Positions 1 to 11,018 are shown, counted from the whole stretch's first letter. The stretch: DNA of 63,568 bases, filler included, from Saprolegnia diclina VS20 (GCF_000281045.1; 5 parts of 2 records of this genome joined end to end with filler, not necessarily neighbours in it); one strand, 5' to 3'. Numbers and translations are program-made. Notes: a model not told the origin generated them from the letters alone.

Positions 1-399
1 GAGAAGCGGAAAGCGTGTCTCGCGTGCTGGCCATGCGACTGGCAAGCTTTTCGATATGACATATGTTGCGTGAACGCAAGTTCAATGTGAGGTCGGCAAA
101 GGCTAGCAACCTACTTGGACCGGCGAGGGTAAGTGCATGGATGAATCACTTCATTTCTCCTCTCGCTCCGGCACGTGGTCGACAATCAAAATGGCTCGAC
201 AAGGAGCGGCTACAACCCTCGTGTCAACAGCAATCGCTCCGGCGCACCGACCGGAAGTAGCGCCGTTTCCCCGTGTGATTGATGAAAGGAAACGACAGCA
301 CGGGGCTCGTTGTCAACGCTGGTGGTGGGCGTTGGAATGTGATTGAGACGACTCAAAGCAAGACAAAAGATTGCAATTTCGCCATCGTCTCATGCAGCA

Positions 400-1587
400 G
401 TGCGGTGAACCACCTCGCTTCCAGCGTGGCAACGACGAGAACGGCAGGACTTGTACGTTGTCCGCGTTAAAGGTCGAGTAGACCCTTGGTACGTACGAGA
501 GCTCGTCATCGTCTCTACTCGAGCATACGGTCGCAGTGGCCTCAATGTTGAATTGTGTCTCATCGTGCTCGCGCTGCTCTTTTCGATTGCAGTAGGCGCA
601 GACGGCGACGCGGAGGATAAAGCAGCTCGAAAGCAAGCGTGGAACCACTACATTGCAGCAGCATCAACGCCAAGCGTCGATGAATCAAAAGAGGCTACTG
701 TCACGAAGGGCGTGCATACGTTGACGTCCGCAGAGCAAGACACGAGCGGACCACGGCACCGCCGGAGGACGTCACCTCGCGCGTTATTGTTGTCGACAAG
801 CAGTCGCGCTGCACAGGTCTCGCAGGTTGCGACGCTAGGAACGAGGTGGCACGCGGGCCAAAGATCATTCTTGACGCAGTAAGCGTCTTGTATGCGCTGC
901 CACGCCAGCACAGCGCCGGAGACACTGTGGGCGAGAGGCTGCCGCGCACTTCGAAAAGCGGGAGCCGCCGCGCGGCCTGAAAGCACCAGTCACTCGCGAC
1001 AGAGCACCCGTCGTTACCCCAGTGCTCTCGACGCGCGGGTCCGCACGGCGCTGGAAACTTTGAGAGACTCGTATCGTTGTTGCCGCTGGTCCGAATCCAC
1101 TCGTACGCATCCAGCAGCGGCAAGAGGTCATCGACGTTCTCACCAAGAAGGCAGATGACGCCGTTCACTAAATTGCACTCGGGACGTGAGCTCCGGGCAG
1201 CTAAGCGCACCACCATGAAGCCTTCCCATGTGCCAAGGAAGCGCCAGGGCGCCTCGATGGTTCCGACCGGCTGTGTCGGCAGCGTCGTTGCATTGCGCAC
1301 TTCGAACGAGACGATGCGGCCGACCCACTTGCCCGTGTAAACAGTGGAGAGATACCAGGTCGCGTTGTCGCCGTTGCGGCCGGTTTGGTCGTAGGTGACG
1401 AGGTTGACGTCGTCGCTGAGCTTGATCGACTGAATGGAATTGCGAAAAGCAACGTAAAATGTGTTGGTCTCGTTGGCTGCGAAGATGCAGGACCGGCCTT
1501 TGTAGTAGGGCCACTCGTACACGGTGACGTCGGCGACGCGCCAAGCAGCAAGAGGACGTCAGCGACATGCCGCAGTCGAGAGCTCAT
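400..1587 (-). pseudogene. Probably disrupted gene for a secreted/type I membrane protein with an N-terminal beta/gamma-crystallin-like repeat
   Basis: Frame 701..1522 extended upstream reads DVTVYEWPYYKGRSCIF...NSIQSIKLSDDVNLVTYDQTGRNG, resembling the crystallin Greek-key pattern (vtlYe..nF.Grs...issikv...v.lYe...f.G). The likely hydrophobic leader (ATG 1587), a Cys-rich segment (648..986) and a TM-like segment (ORF ending 313..648) lie in different frames. The 3' boundary is uncertain. Confidence 0.4.
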
Positions 1588-1935
1588 GGACGTAGAAAGA
1601 TGCAATGCCGCTTGTGCGTAAGGAAGCAGTGTTGAGGGATGCGCCGCCTTTTGCGCGGCCGCCACTACGCCACGTTATCCGGATGATTGGCATAACGGCA
1701 TGCGACAAGTGGTGGACAGTTCCAGTCCACGATAGCATAGCACGGCCATTAGCACGGCCATGACCAAGGTACACGTAGAATGGCAATAGCCCACCAACGG
1801 TGCTCTTATTCTTACACGGAGCTTGGTGTACGAGCCACTGCAATATTCTACTCCACCAAAATGGACTCGCAATAATCAGCCGCCACCACCACCAAGGCGC
1901 CTCCAATACAAAAAAGGAATTGGGTCATTGATGCT

Positions 1936-3559
1936 TTACGAGATCGGGGCACCAATCGCACCGTTGATCGAGCTCTTGCACTCGATACCAGGCGCGCCCT
2001 TGGCCGTGTACGTCGAGCTCGGGATGAACCAGCAGTGGCCGCGCTGCAGCCCACCGCGCTTGGTGCCTTCGAGGTTGTTGCCAGCAAAGCTCCACGTTCG
2101 GTCAAACGTCACCCACTGCGCCTTGAGCCAGTCTTTCGAGAAACTCAGCTCAAAGAACCCGTACGGGTAGCCGGCGCCGGCCCAGACGTTCTTGACGAAA
2201 TCGTTCGAGAGCGCGTTGGCCGAGCTCGTGTAGATGCCACCGCCGCCGCCATTCTCAATGAAATGGGTGCCCCAGAGCGACGTGTCGTGCGAGAAGGCGT
2301 GCGTGTGGCCATTCATAAAGACCTGCACGTTCGTGTCCTTTGTGAGCTTGAAGAGTTCCTTCTGCTTGTCCGGGCTCATGTGGTGGTGCGGCGAGTAGTG
2401 CGTGTTGATAATCTTGAAGTCGGCCGTCGACGCCGCAATGTCGCGCGTCGCCTGCTTGATCGAGTCCTTGCCCCAGCCGTTGATCTCGTCAATGCACGCG
2501 TTGTACATGCCCATGTCACCGCCCGCGCAGTACTGGTCGCCGGGCTTCGAGTCTTCGCACTTGGCCTGCGCCGCCGGGTTGTTCTGCGTGTAGCCAAAGC
2601 ACTGGCAGCAGATCTGCATGCCGCCGTGGTTGTCGGCGTAGTTGGTGTCCATGTTGAAGATGTCGACAGTCACGCCGCCGGCCGTGTAGCTGTCGACGTA
2701 GTAGTGGTCCTTGAGCTGCCACCGGTCGTTGTCCGGCGACTTGTAGCGCTGCTGGTACTTGAAGCGCTGGTTGAGGTTCTCGACGAGCTCGGCCGGGCTC
2801 CCGCATTTCGTGTACTCGTTCTTCTCGGCGCCGCAGAGGTACATGGCCCCGCCAATGTCGTGGTTGCCAATCACGTTGAGCCACTTGATGCCCTTGAGCG
2901 CCGGGTCCGAGTACATGTCCTCAAACGTCGTCGCAAATCGAAACTTGTCGTCGTTGCTGCCGCCAAGACCGTCCCAGTAAAAGTTATCGCCGTGGCCAAT
3001 GATGCGCACGGGCTTGAGCTCCTTGGCCGACTGCGCCATGAGCGTCGCCACGTAGCTCTGCGACCAAAAGTCAACCTTGTACCGGTTCTCGCTCGGGTTG
3101 GTCTTCGAGTTGTACATCTTGCAGCAACTGCCCGGGTTGTCGTCCGACCCGCTCTTCTTGTACGGCGTCGAGCCCCAATCGCCGACCGCGAGCATCGTAA
3201 ACGTCGGCGTCATCGTCTCCGGGTCCGCCGTGGGGTTGGCCAAGAGCGGGTTGACCTTGGTCGCGTTCGTCTTGGGGATCAAGTCGGCGTCCGAGACCGT
3301 CGAGCCAGACAGGCCGGGCGACGAGCTGTTCGAGGACGGCGACGGCGTCGCATTGCCGTTCGACTTGTCCGACGACGTCGACGCCGAATCGTCCTTCTTG
3401 GTTGCAACGACCGCAACGACCGTGGCAACGGCGGCGACGACGACGATACCGCCGACGATCATAAAGATCTTCTTCTACAAAGGGCATGAGATCGATGGCG
3501 CACAAGCGAGCGCACGAGGTTACCTTGCTGCTGCTGGCTGGCGCCCCCGACTCGGTCAT
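1936..3559 (-). CDS. Calcineurin-like metallophosphoesterase (purple/tartrate-resistant acid phosphatase-like), N-terminally membrane anchored
   Basis: Metal-binding motifs GDWG, GDNFY, GNHD and GHTH in the 508-aa ORF. Exon 1 is 3559-3524 (MTESGAPASSSK), followed by a 49-nt GT-AG intron (3523-3475), KKIF, a hydrophobic helix and a Ser-rich linker. Confidence 0.9.
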
Positions 3560-5039
3560 GTCTGTTCGGGTTGTTGGCTGGAAAAGGCAAAGTGAGCTGC
3601 TAGAATCAGACCACACGACGCCGGCGTAGAAATGGCTGCACAAAAATTCGCCGCCAATGTCTCGGGGCGTGTTTAAACGCGTTTTACCCGTGGTAATACA
3701 TGCAGGAGGACTGAGCCTCCTCCACAGCACGATGGTGGAATTGATGCTCGTTGGCGTCGCAAGCTGCTGTTGGACACCTGCAAAGGACCGAGCTGCGGTG
3801 GCAAAGGCATGACGGCATCGGTTTCGACTCAGCCAACCACACCAATAAGTTCTTGGATACTACTAACAGGTACCCAGAATGCTAGTATCTCCTAGAACCC
3901 CCAACCCCAAGCACGGTCGAGGACTAGTAGCAGTGGAGGCAAAAGGAAGCGACGAGAGAGCACGGCAGCACACATCGAGTCGAGATAAAACGCGATGGAT
4001 TTGTATGGAGACCAGCAATAGCTTTCATGCATGTCGTTCCTCTGGAACTGAGTCGCGCGTCGGTGGCCGTCAACAAGGTCGAAAGAACCCGATCAAGAAA
4101 CATCGACAGCCTTCCTGGGCCGACAGCTGGCGCCATTTGATGGCCACCGATTGGCGGCGCCGAGAGCCGGAGCGTGCGACGTTGAATGCAAACGTTTTAA
4201 CGCGTTTAACGCGGCTTTGTGCTGCATGAGGGGGATGCGCGTGCAGTGCCGAGGTGCCGCACCTGCGATCGTGGGTGGACTGGCCTGCGCCGGTCGTGAC
4301 AGCAACGCCAATGCAGCCCACCACCCAACTCGACTCCCAACTCGGCATTTCGGAGTTTCGCGCCAGGCGAGAAATGGATTCTAGACTGAAGACGCGCATT
4401 ACGGCGGAGCTGCTTACGCTAGTCGTTGTACAGTACCGCAAGCGTGTGTGGAGTGCCAGCCATTCGCGCACGACGATGGAAGCATCGATCTGCAGTGGCG
4501 CGATGCTCTTGACGGCAAGATGCGCGCTGGCGGTGCACCCGCCACCACACATGGAAAGGCGGGGACAAAGACACTTCGTGCATCCGGGAGCAGCCACGAG
4601 CCAAAGAGAAAGCCATGTTCTTCTGCCCTGGTCGGCGCTGCCATTGGTGCCCTCCTGCAATGTGGCACGCGCCAACGAGCTCGATGTGTTGCTGCTTGCC
4701 ATGCCTGGAGCTCTCGTCACTGTAGCTGCACCCAATCGGACGCGGATGATCACTCGGCAGGTTCGCCGTCCGTCTCGTGTCCGTGCAGGCTGTCGCTTGC
4801 GGTGGTCGCTAGTCCATTAGACGTGACGTGCGCCCAGGCTACGAAAATTGGCTGTGTTGTCTGAGCGTGGACTTGGTGGACCTACTAGCACCCAAGCAGC
4901 GTCTCTTCTGGTTCATCGAAGCGCTCTCAGTGAGGACTCGATTTGTATCTGATTTCTGCTTTGCAGTTGCACGACATGGCAGCGCACGTCACATCGACAG
5001 GGCACAGGGTTAACAGAGTGTAATTAAGAGGGATTAAGA

Positions 5040-6263
5040 TTAAGCGACATTGGCGTACCCTTGGCGTTTGTGTTCGCGCAGCAACGCTATGCCGATCACA
5101 CCGATAGCACCGATGCTGGCACCGACAACAATGATGGTGGCGGGGATTGAACCGCGGAACGTTGGCGGCGCCAACTGCGTCGAGTGTGAATCGAACGCCT
5201 TGTCCAAGTGCGACCGGTTCGGAATGTCTTTCGAGTGTGTCGTCGACGCCAAAAGTGCGTCCGTGACGTCATCAAACCAGCGCCCAAACGTCACGGCAAG
5301 GGCTTGTCGCTTGGCGCCAGGCGCAAAGTCGATGCGACGCAAGTCGACCATGCGCAAATTGAGGTTTTGCGTCGACTGGAAATAGAGTTTTCGGTGCATG
5401 TGGTCCCGCACCAATGCAAACTCAGTGCCGCCGCCGTCTTTGCCCGCCAGCGGTACCTGTACCGTGCCTAGAAAGTGCGCGGCGGAAGCGACGGCCGCCT
5501 GCTCGCTCGACGCCGCGCCGTAGCTCGTCGACGGGTCATACGCGCGATCGCGGTGGCGGTTGAGCATCGAGAGACGCACGAAGCGCTCGGTCGAGCCATA
5601 GCCCGACGGCAGCGACGTGGCGTTCGCGAGCGCCGCCAACTGGTCGGGCAGCGGCGGGTCGTTGGTGAGCACGCCATTCGGGTTGTCATATATATGCAGC
5701 GTCTGGTTCAAAATCTCGAGCACGAGGCTGCGACCGGATGCATCGTGGACGGCGACGTGGAGCGGATACGACGCCACTGGTGTCCCTGGTGCAAACATCG
5801 TCAACAGCGCTGGGTCGATCTCGGCCATTTGAACCGTCGCGAGCTTGGCGCGGACATCGTCGACGGACGCGCAGGTCCCGAGGAGGTGCGACACCACCGA
5901 CGTGACGACGGGCCGAGGATTCGTCGGGTCGGCCGTGCGATAGCTGGTCGCGTCAAGCCACAGCCACGCCGCCGAAAGACCAGCTTCGTTGAGCCCGTCC
6001 GTGGCTACGTTGGCGCCGTAGGCATTCACGCTGACAAATCCGTAAATCGAGTCCCACGCGTAGCTGCTGCAGTTGGCGCAGTCCCGCGCCGGCGGCTCAC
6101 GGAGGCGGGTGCCCCGCGGGACGATCTCCAAGTGCGCGTTCAGGTCCAGCGTAAAGTCCATCGTACGAGCCGAGATGGTTTCGTTTGTCGAATTTAGGAG
6201 GAACTCGCTGCAGCCATGTACAGCCGCGCTTAGCATTAGAAGCCACTGACCACGCATCCACAT
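5040..6263 (-). CDS. Ntn-hydrolase, choloylglycine hydrolase/penicillin V acylase family, copy 1 (signal peptide + C-terminal TM)
   Basis: Signal peptide ending AVHG then CSEF (N-terminal nucleophile Cys); motifs SARTMDF, DGLNEAGL, VLTNDP, STERFVR; C-terminal TM helix and tail GYANVA; no introns. Start is ATG 6263 or 6257. Confidence 0.88.
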   Translation of the reverse strand: MWMRGQWLLMLSAAVHGCSEFLLNSTNETISARTMDFTLDLNAHLEIVPRGTRLREPPARDCANCSSYAWDSIYGFVSVNAYGANVATDGLNEAGLSAAWLWLDATSYRTADPTNPRPVVTSVVSHLLGTCASVDDVRAKLATVQMAEIDPALLTMFAPGTPVASYPLHVAVHDASGRSLVLEILNQTLHIYDNPNGVLTNDPPLPDQLAALANATSLPSGYGSTERFVRLSMLNRHRDRAYDPSTSYGAASSEQAAVASAAHFLGTVQVPLAGKDGGGTEFALVRDHMHRKLYFQSTQNLNLRMVDLRRIDFAPGAKRQALAVTFGRWFDDVTDALLASTTHSKDIPNRSHLDKAFDSHSTQLAPPTFRGSIPATIIVVGASIGAIGVIGIALLREHKRQGYANVA

Positions 6264-6825
6264 CACGTCGTCAATTTGCAAATGAGCTGCTTCCGCCTGG
6301 CAATCTCCAAAACGCCCTTCATTCCTGTACAGAGTGATGGTTATCGTGCATGTGATTGGCTACGGCGTGGATACCGATACCATGTTGACGCAGGTGGCCC
6401 ACGCTTGCTACCATCATTGCCAGTTCACACTCGAGTCGCCTCGCCATGGTCCGCTCTTATGGCTTCGCTCAGCGAACATTTCCTATGTGATGCGAACGCC
6501 TTTCCCGCGTAAACTCTGTAAGTCTCTCGCCACGTACGTGGCAACTTGCCACGTAGGAGGTAGGTCGTTGAGACGCGCGTGCGACAGGCTTCGAGGGCGT
6601 CGGCTGCGACGAGGCGCACTGAGCTGAGCAGAAGAAGTAAGTCTCTGAAAAGCTCCGTGAGATCCGCACCAGAAGCGGGTTGCCGCTACCGGCCGTGGTT
6701 TTGCCGCCGGCCACGGGTACGCCAGCTAGAGTCTGCAATGTAATGGTCGAGTCGTCATCGTCGTCTCTGTTCGAACGTTCATATTAACACAAAAACAAGC
6801 TCGTTACACGTGTTAGATCATCGTC

Positions 6826-8103
6826 TTAGGCCAAGTGCACGTACTCTTTCGAGTGATTTTCGAGGCGGTGGCGGTACGCTCTGTAGCAGACGACGCCGAC
6901 AACTGCGCACGCGAGACCGACGACGGCGCCCATGAGGAAGCTCGCGACTGTGCGATCCGGGTGCACGTACGACGGCAGCGTGTCCAAGTTGGCGTGCAGC
7001 TGCGACGTCTGCTGTGCGAGGCCGTGGAGCTTGGCGATGACCATCGACCGGGGCGGCATGTCGATCGACCGGACGCTCGACGCAAGCGCGTCTTGAGTCA
7101 CATCTACGAACCACTTGCCAAAGGTCACGGGCAGCGACTTGCGCGTCGACGGGTCGTTAAAGTCAATGTGTCCGAGATCGATCGTGCGAAGCACTTGGTT
7201 CTCGGTCGACTTGAAGTAGAGCTTCTTGCGCGTGTGGTCGCGGACGACCGAGTACTGCGTGGCGTCGCCGTGGGCCTGCGCCGGCTCCGGAATCGTGACT
7301 GTATCAATGAGGTGCAGTGCGAGCGAGACGTCGGCCTGCTCGGGCGTCGACACTGAGTAGCTCGTGTTGGCATCGTACGCTTGGGTTGCATAGTGATTGA
7401 GCGCCGAGAGCCGCTGAAAGCGCGCAATCGAGTCGTATCCACCCGGAATGGTATCGACACCCTTGGCCTTGAGCGTCGCGAGGTGCGTCGTCAGCGGCGG
7501 CGCGTTGGTCATGACACCGTTCGGGTTGTCGTACAGGTGCATGGTACCGTTGAGGAACTCGATCACGAGGCTGTGGCCCGCGGCGTCGTGGACTGCGACA
7601 TGCAGCGGGTACGACGACTCGTGCGCGCCGTGCGAGAAGAGCGAGCCGAGCACCGGATCAAACTCGGCGACTTGGACGTCGCGCAAACCGCGGCGGACGT
7701 CGTTGACGCTGGCAAAGTTACCGAGGATGTACGTGATCAAGGACGTGACGACCGGGCGCGGGTCCGATGCGTTCACGACGGGGTACTCGGTACCAACGAG
7801 ATACAGCCACGCCGCCGAGAGCCCGGCTTCGTTCAGCCCGTCCGTAGCCACGTTGACGCCAAACATGTTGAAGCCAACGTAGCCGTACGTCGTTGTCCAG
7901 GCGTAGTCGGCGCAGTCGGGGCAATCTTTCACGATGGGCTCTTCGACAAGCGTGCCACGCGGAATGATCTCGACCGTGCTGTCGAGGTCGATTTGAAAGT
8001 CCATGGTTCGCGCCGAGAGGACGCTGCGATCCGAGTTGAGGCGGAACTCGCTGCAGCCGGCGACGACGGTCGCGACCAGCAGGACCGTCTGGAGCACCTG
8101 CAT
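6826..8103 (-). CDS. Ntn-hydrolase, choloylglycine hydrolase/penicillin V acylase family, copy 2
   Basis: MQVLQTVLLVATVVAG|CSEFRL; SARTMDF, DGLNEAGL, VMTNAP, SIARFQR; C-terminal TM and tail EYVHLA; intronless. Confidence 0.9.
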   Translation of the reverse strand: MQVLQTVLLVATVVAGCSEFRLNSDRSVLSARTMDFQIDLDSTVEIIPRGTLVEEPIVKDCPDCADYAWTTTYGYVGFNMFGVNVATDGLNEAGLSAAWLYLVGTEYPVVNASDPRPVVTSLITYILGNFASVNDVRRGLRDVQVAEFDPVLGSLFSHGAHESSYPLHVAVHDAAGHSLVIEFLNGTMHLYDNPNGVMTNAPPLTTHLATLKAKGVDTIPGGYDSIARFQRLSALNHYATQAYDANTSYSVSTPEQADVSLALHLIDTVTIPEPAQAHGDATQYSVVRDHTRKKLYFKSTENQVLRTIDLGHIDFNDPSTRKSLPVTFGKWFVDVTQDALASSVRSIDMPPRSMVIAKLHGLAQQTSQLHANLDTLPSYVHPDRTVASFLMGAVVGLACAVVGVVCYRAYRHRLENHSKEYVHLA

Positions 8104-8331
8104 GTGAAGATTCGCTGGCGAAATGCAAACTGGCCTGCGTCCACGACCGCAGCTGCAACGTGAAAAAGGTGGGGAACGCCGATACGCTAAATCCACGCCA
8201 CTTTACAGGCCATTCGCGCTGTACCAGTAAATATTTATATCGATTTTCGTATGCAATGGCGTGTGAATAGTACTGGTTGCGTCTTTTTAGTATTTATCAC
8301 ATTTGAAACGCTGCAAGTGATATTTATGGCC

Positions 8332-8368
8332 CCCACAGGCAGGGGTATTATTTACCCCTGCCCACAGG
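8332..8368. mobile_element. 21-bp hairpin insert between 8-bp direct repeats (putative DNA-transposon excision footprint)
   Basis: CCCACAGG (8332-8339) + CAGGGGTATTATTTACCCCTG (8340-8360) + CCCACAGG (8361-8368). The insert's reverse complement begins CAGGGGTAAATAATA, 13/15 identical to the arm at 61812. Confidence 0.6.
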
Positions 8369-9201
8369 GTCCCGAAAAAAAGGACGTTGGACAACCACCG
8401 CATGCGGCTTCCGACAATGGTTGTCTTGTGGCACTACGCTGGAGATTTGCACCAACTTCTTTTGAACTACCCACCAAGTCGTCACAGAAGCCTTCAAGAG
8501 CTCGGGCCAAGAGGGGTCGAACGTTTTTTCGTGGGTACACGGGGTCCCATTGAAAAATGGATATACCACATGTCGCAGCTGAATTTGCACATCAGACGCG
8601 CCAGAAGATCGCCACCAAGAAGATACCGTCGCCAACTGCGGGATCGACGGACTGCGTCTGGCCTCGCATCTGAGCGTGCGACACGGTGCAGATCCACCGT
8701 GATAGCATCGAACGTCAAGGTTTTGGCGGCCACAACCGCTGCTTCGAGCGCGATAGGACAGGCGGCCCACTTCAACATGCCAACGAGTGGCCAATACGAC
8801 GCCGCACAGAACCAGGGACAGTGGCAACTCTGGGCAGCGAAAATAACGGAGACGTGTCGCCGTATCCGCAGAGAATGCAGTAGCTGCCATCGCGGTGAGC
8901 GGTGATGACTCATGCACGGCCACCTCCGGCGTCAGTGTGGCGCAAGCCGCAGTACCTTTCGAGAAGGCTCCATCAACCCAGCTCGTGGACGTTTGCGTCG
9001 GGATCCTTGATCTTGTCAGACTTGCCTACGAGGCTAAGACACGGACGACGAACAGCGCACGGCCATGTTCTCTGTGCTCTTCCATATATCTTCTCGATTT
9101 CAGTCATGAGACTATAGCTATGAGCACGAATCTAGCTACAAGCAAAGGTAGTTCAATTGAAAATATTTACTCTTGCTACAAGCGACAACTCACGACTTTC
9201 T

Positions 9202-10449
9202 CTATTGAATCGACACGTACGTGTAGCGACGGTACTTGGCAACGACCGCGTTCACGATCGCCATCATGGCCATGCCGACGATCGTGCCGAGCGCAAACGT
9301 GAGCGCATGCGACTGGTCACCAGCAGCATTCGTCGTAAGTTGCGTCTTCACCGGCGCCGACCGCAGCGCCGCGACCACAAAGCTACGCGGCGGCATGTCC
9401 TTCGAGTGACCCGTCGCGGCGAGAAGATCGTCCGTGATGTTGACAAACCAGTCGCCAAAGGTGACGGGAATCGACTTGCGCAGGCCGGCGTCGGCAAAGT
9501 CGAGCGACCCGACGTCGACGACGCGGAGCACTTGGTTCTGCGTCGCCTTGACATACAGCTTGCGCTGGACATGATCACGCACGACACTAAACTGCGTGGA
9601 CCCGCCATTGTGCAAGGCGGCGGCGGGGATTGTGACCGTGTCGATGAGGTGCAGCGCCGCCGAGATGCTCGCTTGCTCGGGTGTCGACGCATTGTAGCTC
9701 GTCGCTGCCAAGTACGGCTGTGCCACGACGTCGTTGAGCAACGAGAGGCGGAGGAAGCGCGACTCGGAGTCGTACCCGCCCGGGAGGCTGGCGTTTCTCT
9801 TGTCGATGCTTGCCAGCGAGGCGAGGTGTGTCGGCAGCGGCGGCGCGTTGGTCATGACCCCGTTCGGGTTGTCATGCATATGCACCATGCCGTCAATGAA
9901 TTCAATCACGAGGCTCTGACCCGCCGCATCGTGCACGGCAATGTGCAGCGGCAGCGACTGGAACCCCGAGTCGGTGCCCAGAAGCTTGGACACGCCCGGG
10001 TGCGGCTCGGCGATTTGCACCTTGGTCAAGCCGGACTTGACGTCGGCGACGGTTGCGTAGTTGCCCAAAATGTACGTAATGACCGACGTCACGACAGGCC
10101 GCACGTCCGTTGTATTGGGCGTCGGGTACGTGGTGCCGACGAGGTACAGCCACGCCGCCGAGAGCCCGGCCTCATTGAGCCCGTCCGTGGCGACGTTGAG
10201 GCTGAGCATGTTGAGGCCGACAAAGCCGTACCGGTTGCGCCAGCCATAGTCGGCGCACGACGCGCAGTCTTTTGCCAGCGGCTCTTCAATGAGCGTCGCG
10301 CGCGGTACGATCTCGAGCGTGCTTTGCAGATCCAAGTTGAAGTCCATCGTCCGCGCCGAGACGACGACACCGTCCGTATGCAGCCGAAAGTCGCTGCAGC
10401 TCAGCGCTACGAGCGGCAGGAGCAAAAGATGAAGAAGCCGCGCTCGCAT
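9202..10449 (-). CDS. Ntn-hydrolase, choloylglycine hydrolase/penicillin V acylase family, copy 3
   Basis: MRARLLHLLLLPLVALS|CSDFRL; SARTMDF, DGLNEAGL, VMTNAP, SESRFLR; C-terminal TM and tail TYVSIQ; intronless. Confidence 0.9.
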   Translation of the reverse strand: MRARLLHLLLLPLVALSCSDFRLHTDGVVVSARTMDFNLDLQSTLEIVPRATLIEEPLAKDCASCADYGWRNRYGFVGLNMLSLNVATDGLNEAGLSAAWLYLVGTTYPTPNTTDVRPVVTSVITYILGNYATVADVKSGLTKVQIAEPHPGVSKLLGTDSGFQSLPLHIAVHDAAGQSLVIEFIDGMVHMHDNPNGVMTNAPPLPTHLASLASIDKRNASLPGGYDSESRFLRLSLLNDVVAQPYLAATSYNASTPEQASISAALHLIDTVTIPAAALHNGGSTQFSVVRDHVQRKLYVKATQNQVLRVVDVGSLDFADAGLRKSIPVTFGDWFVNITDDLLAATGHSKDMPPRSFVVAALRSAPVKTQLTTNAAGDQSHALTFALGTIVGMAMMAIVNAVVAKYRRYTYVSIQ

Positions 10450-10753
10450 GAGAGGCCGGGCGATGAAAAGGCAAAGTGACTTCACAGCGCAACAACGGTG
10501 CAAGTGATGAGTTCACGCGCGAGTTACGCCGTCATCGGAATGACGTGGCGCATTACGCTGCCGTCATCACACCCACCTGGTCCGACTTCAATACTGTGGA
10601 AGAGTTGGAGATGACAAAAATGAAATCCGGCTCCGTCTACTCCGACGTCAACAGCAAGTAGTCGCAGAGACGTCAAGACGACTTGCACACGTGCCCACAA
10701 AGCGTCGGGTCGCGTCAAGGGATTAACCTACTGGTAGGAGGGTAGTGGGCAGG

Positions 10754-11018
10754 TGTGACCGCTTCCGCCACGAAGACAACGCCAGACAAAGGGAGGCCGT
10801 ACTCCCAAACACCGGCGTGTGTACTACGAGGCAAATAGGGAAGTGGCAGCTAAGCTACGTCTACTGGCTGCTGCCAAAGCTTGTACAGTCTCACATCAAC
10901 GGGCTTCTCCCGTAGGACTAAACATGCAAACACACATCGCCTTGTCCCGGCCTAGTGGTGTTGACGTGGGCTAGGCTCACACCCAGTGCCCCACCACTGC
11001 ATGCGACCAACGGTCACA
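10754..11018 (-). repeat. 3' LTR (265 bp)
   Basis: Matches 11927-12181 except for 3 substitutions and one 10-bp indel seen by eye; TG...CA ends with an 8-bp terminal inverted repeat. Confidence 0.93.

Noticed and set aside
4254..4864. Overlapping plus-strand ORFs between the phosphatase and hydrolase genes
   Set aside because: No recognisable motif or convincing splice model; could not be supported as a gene.
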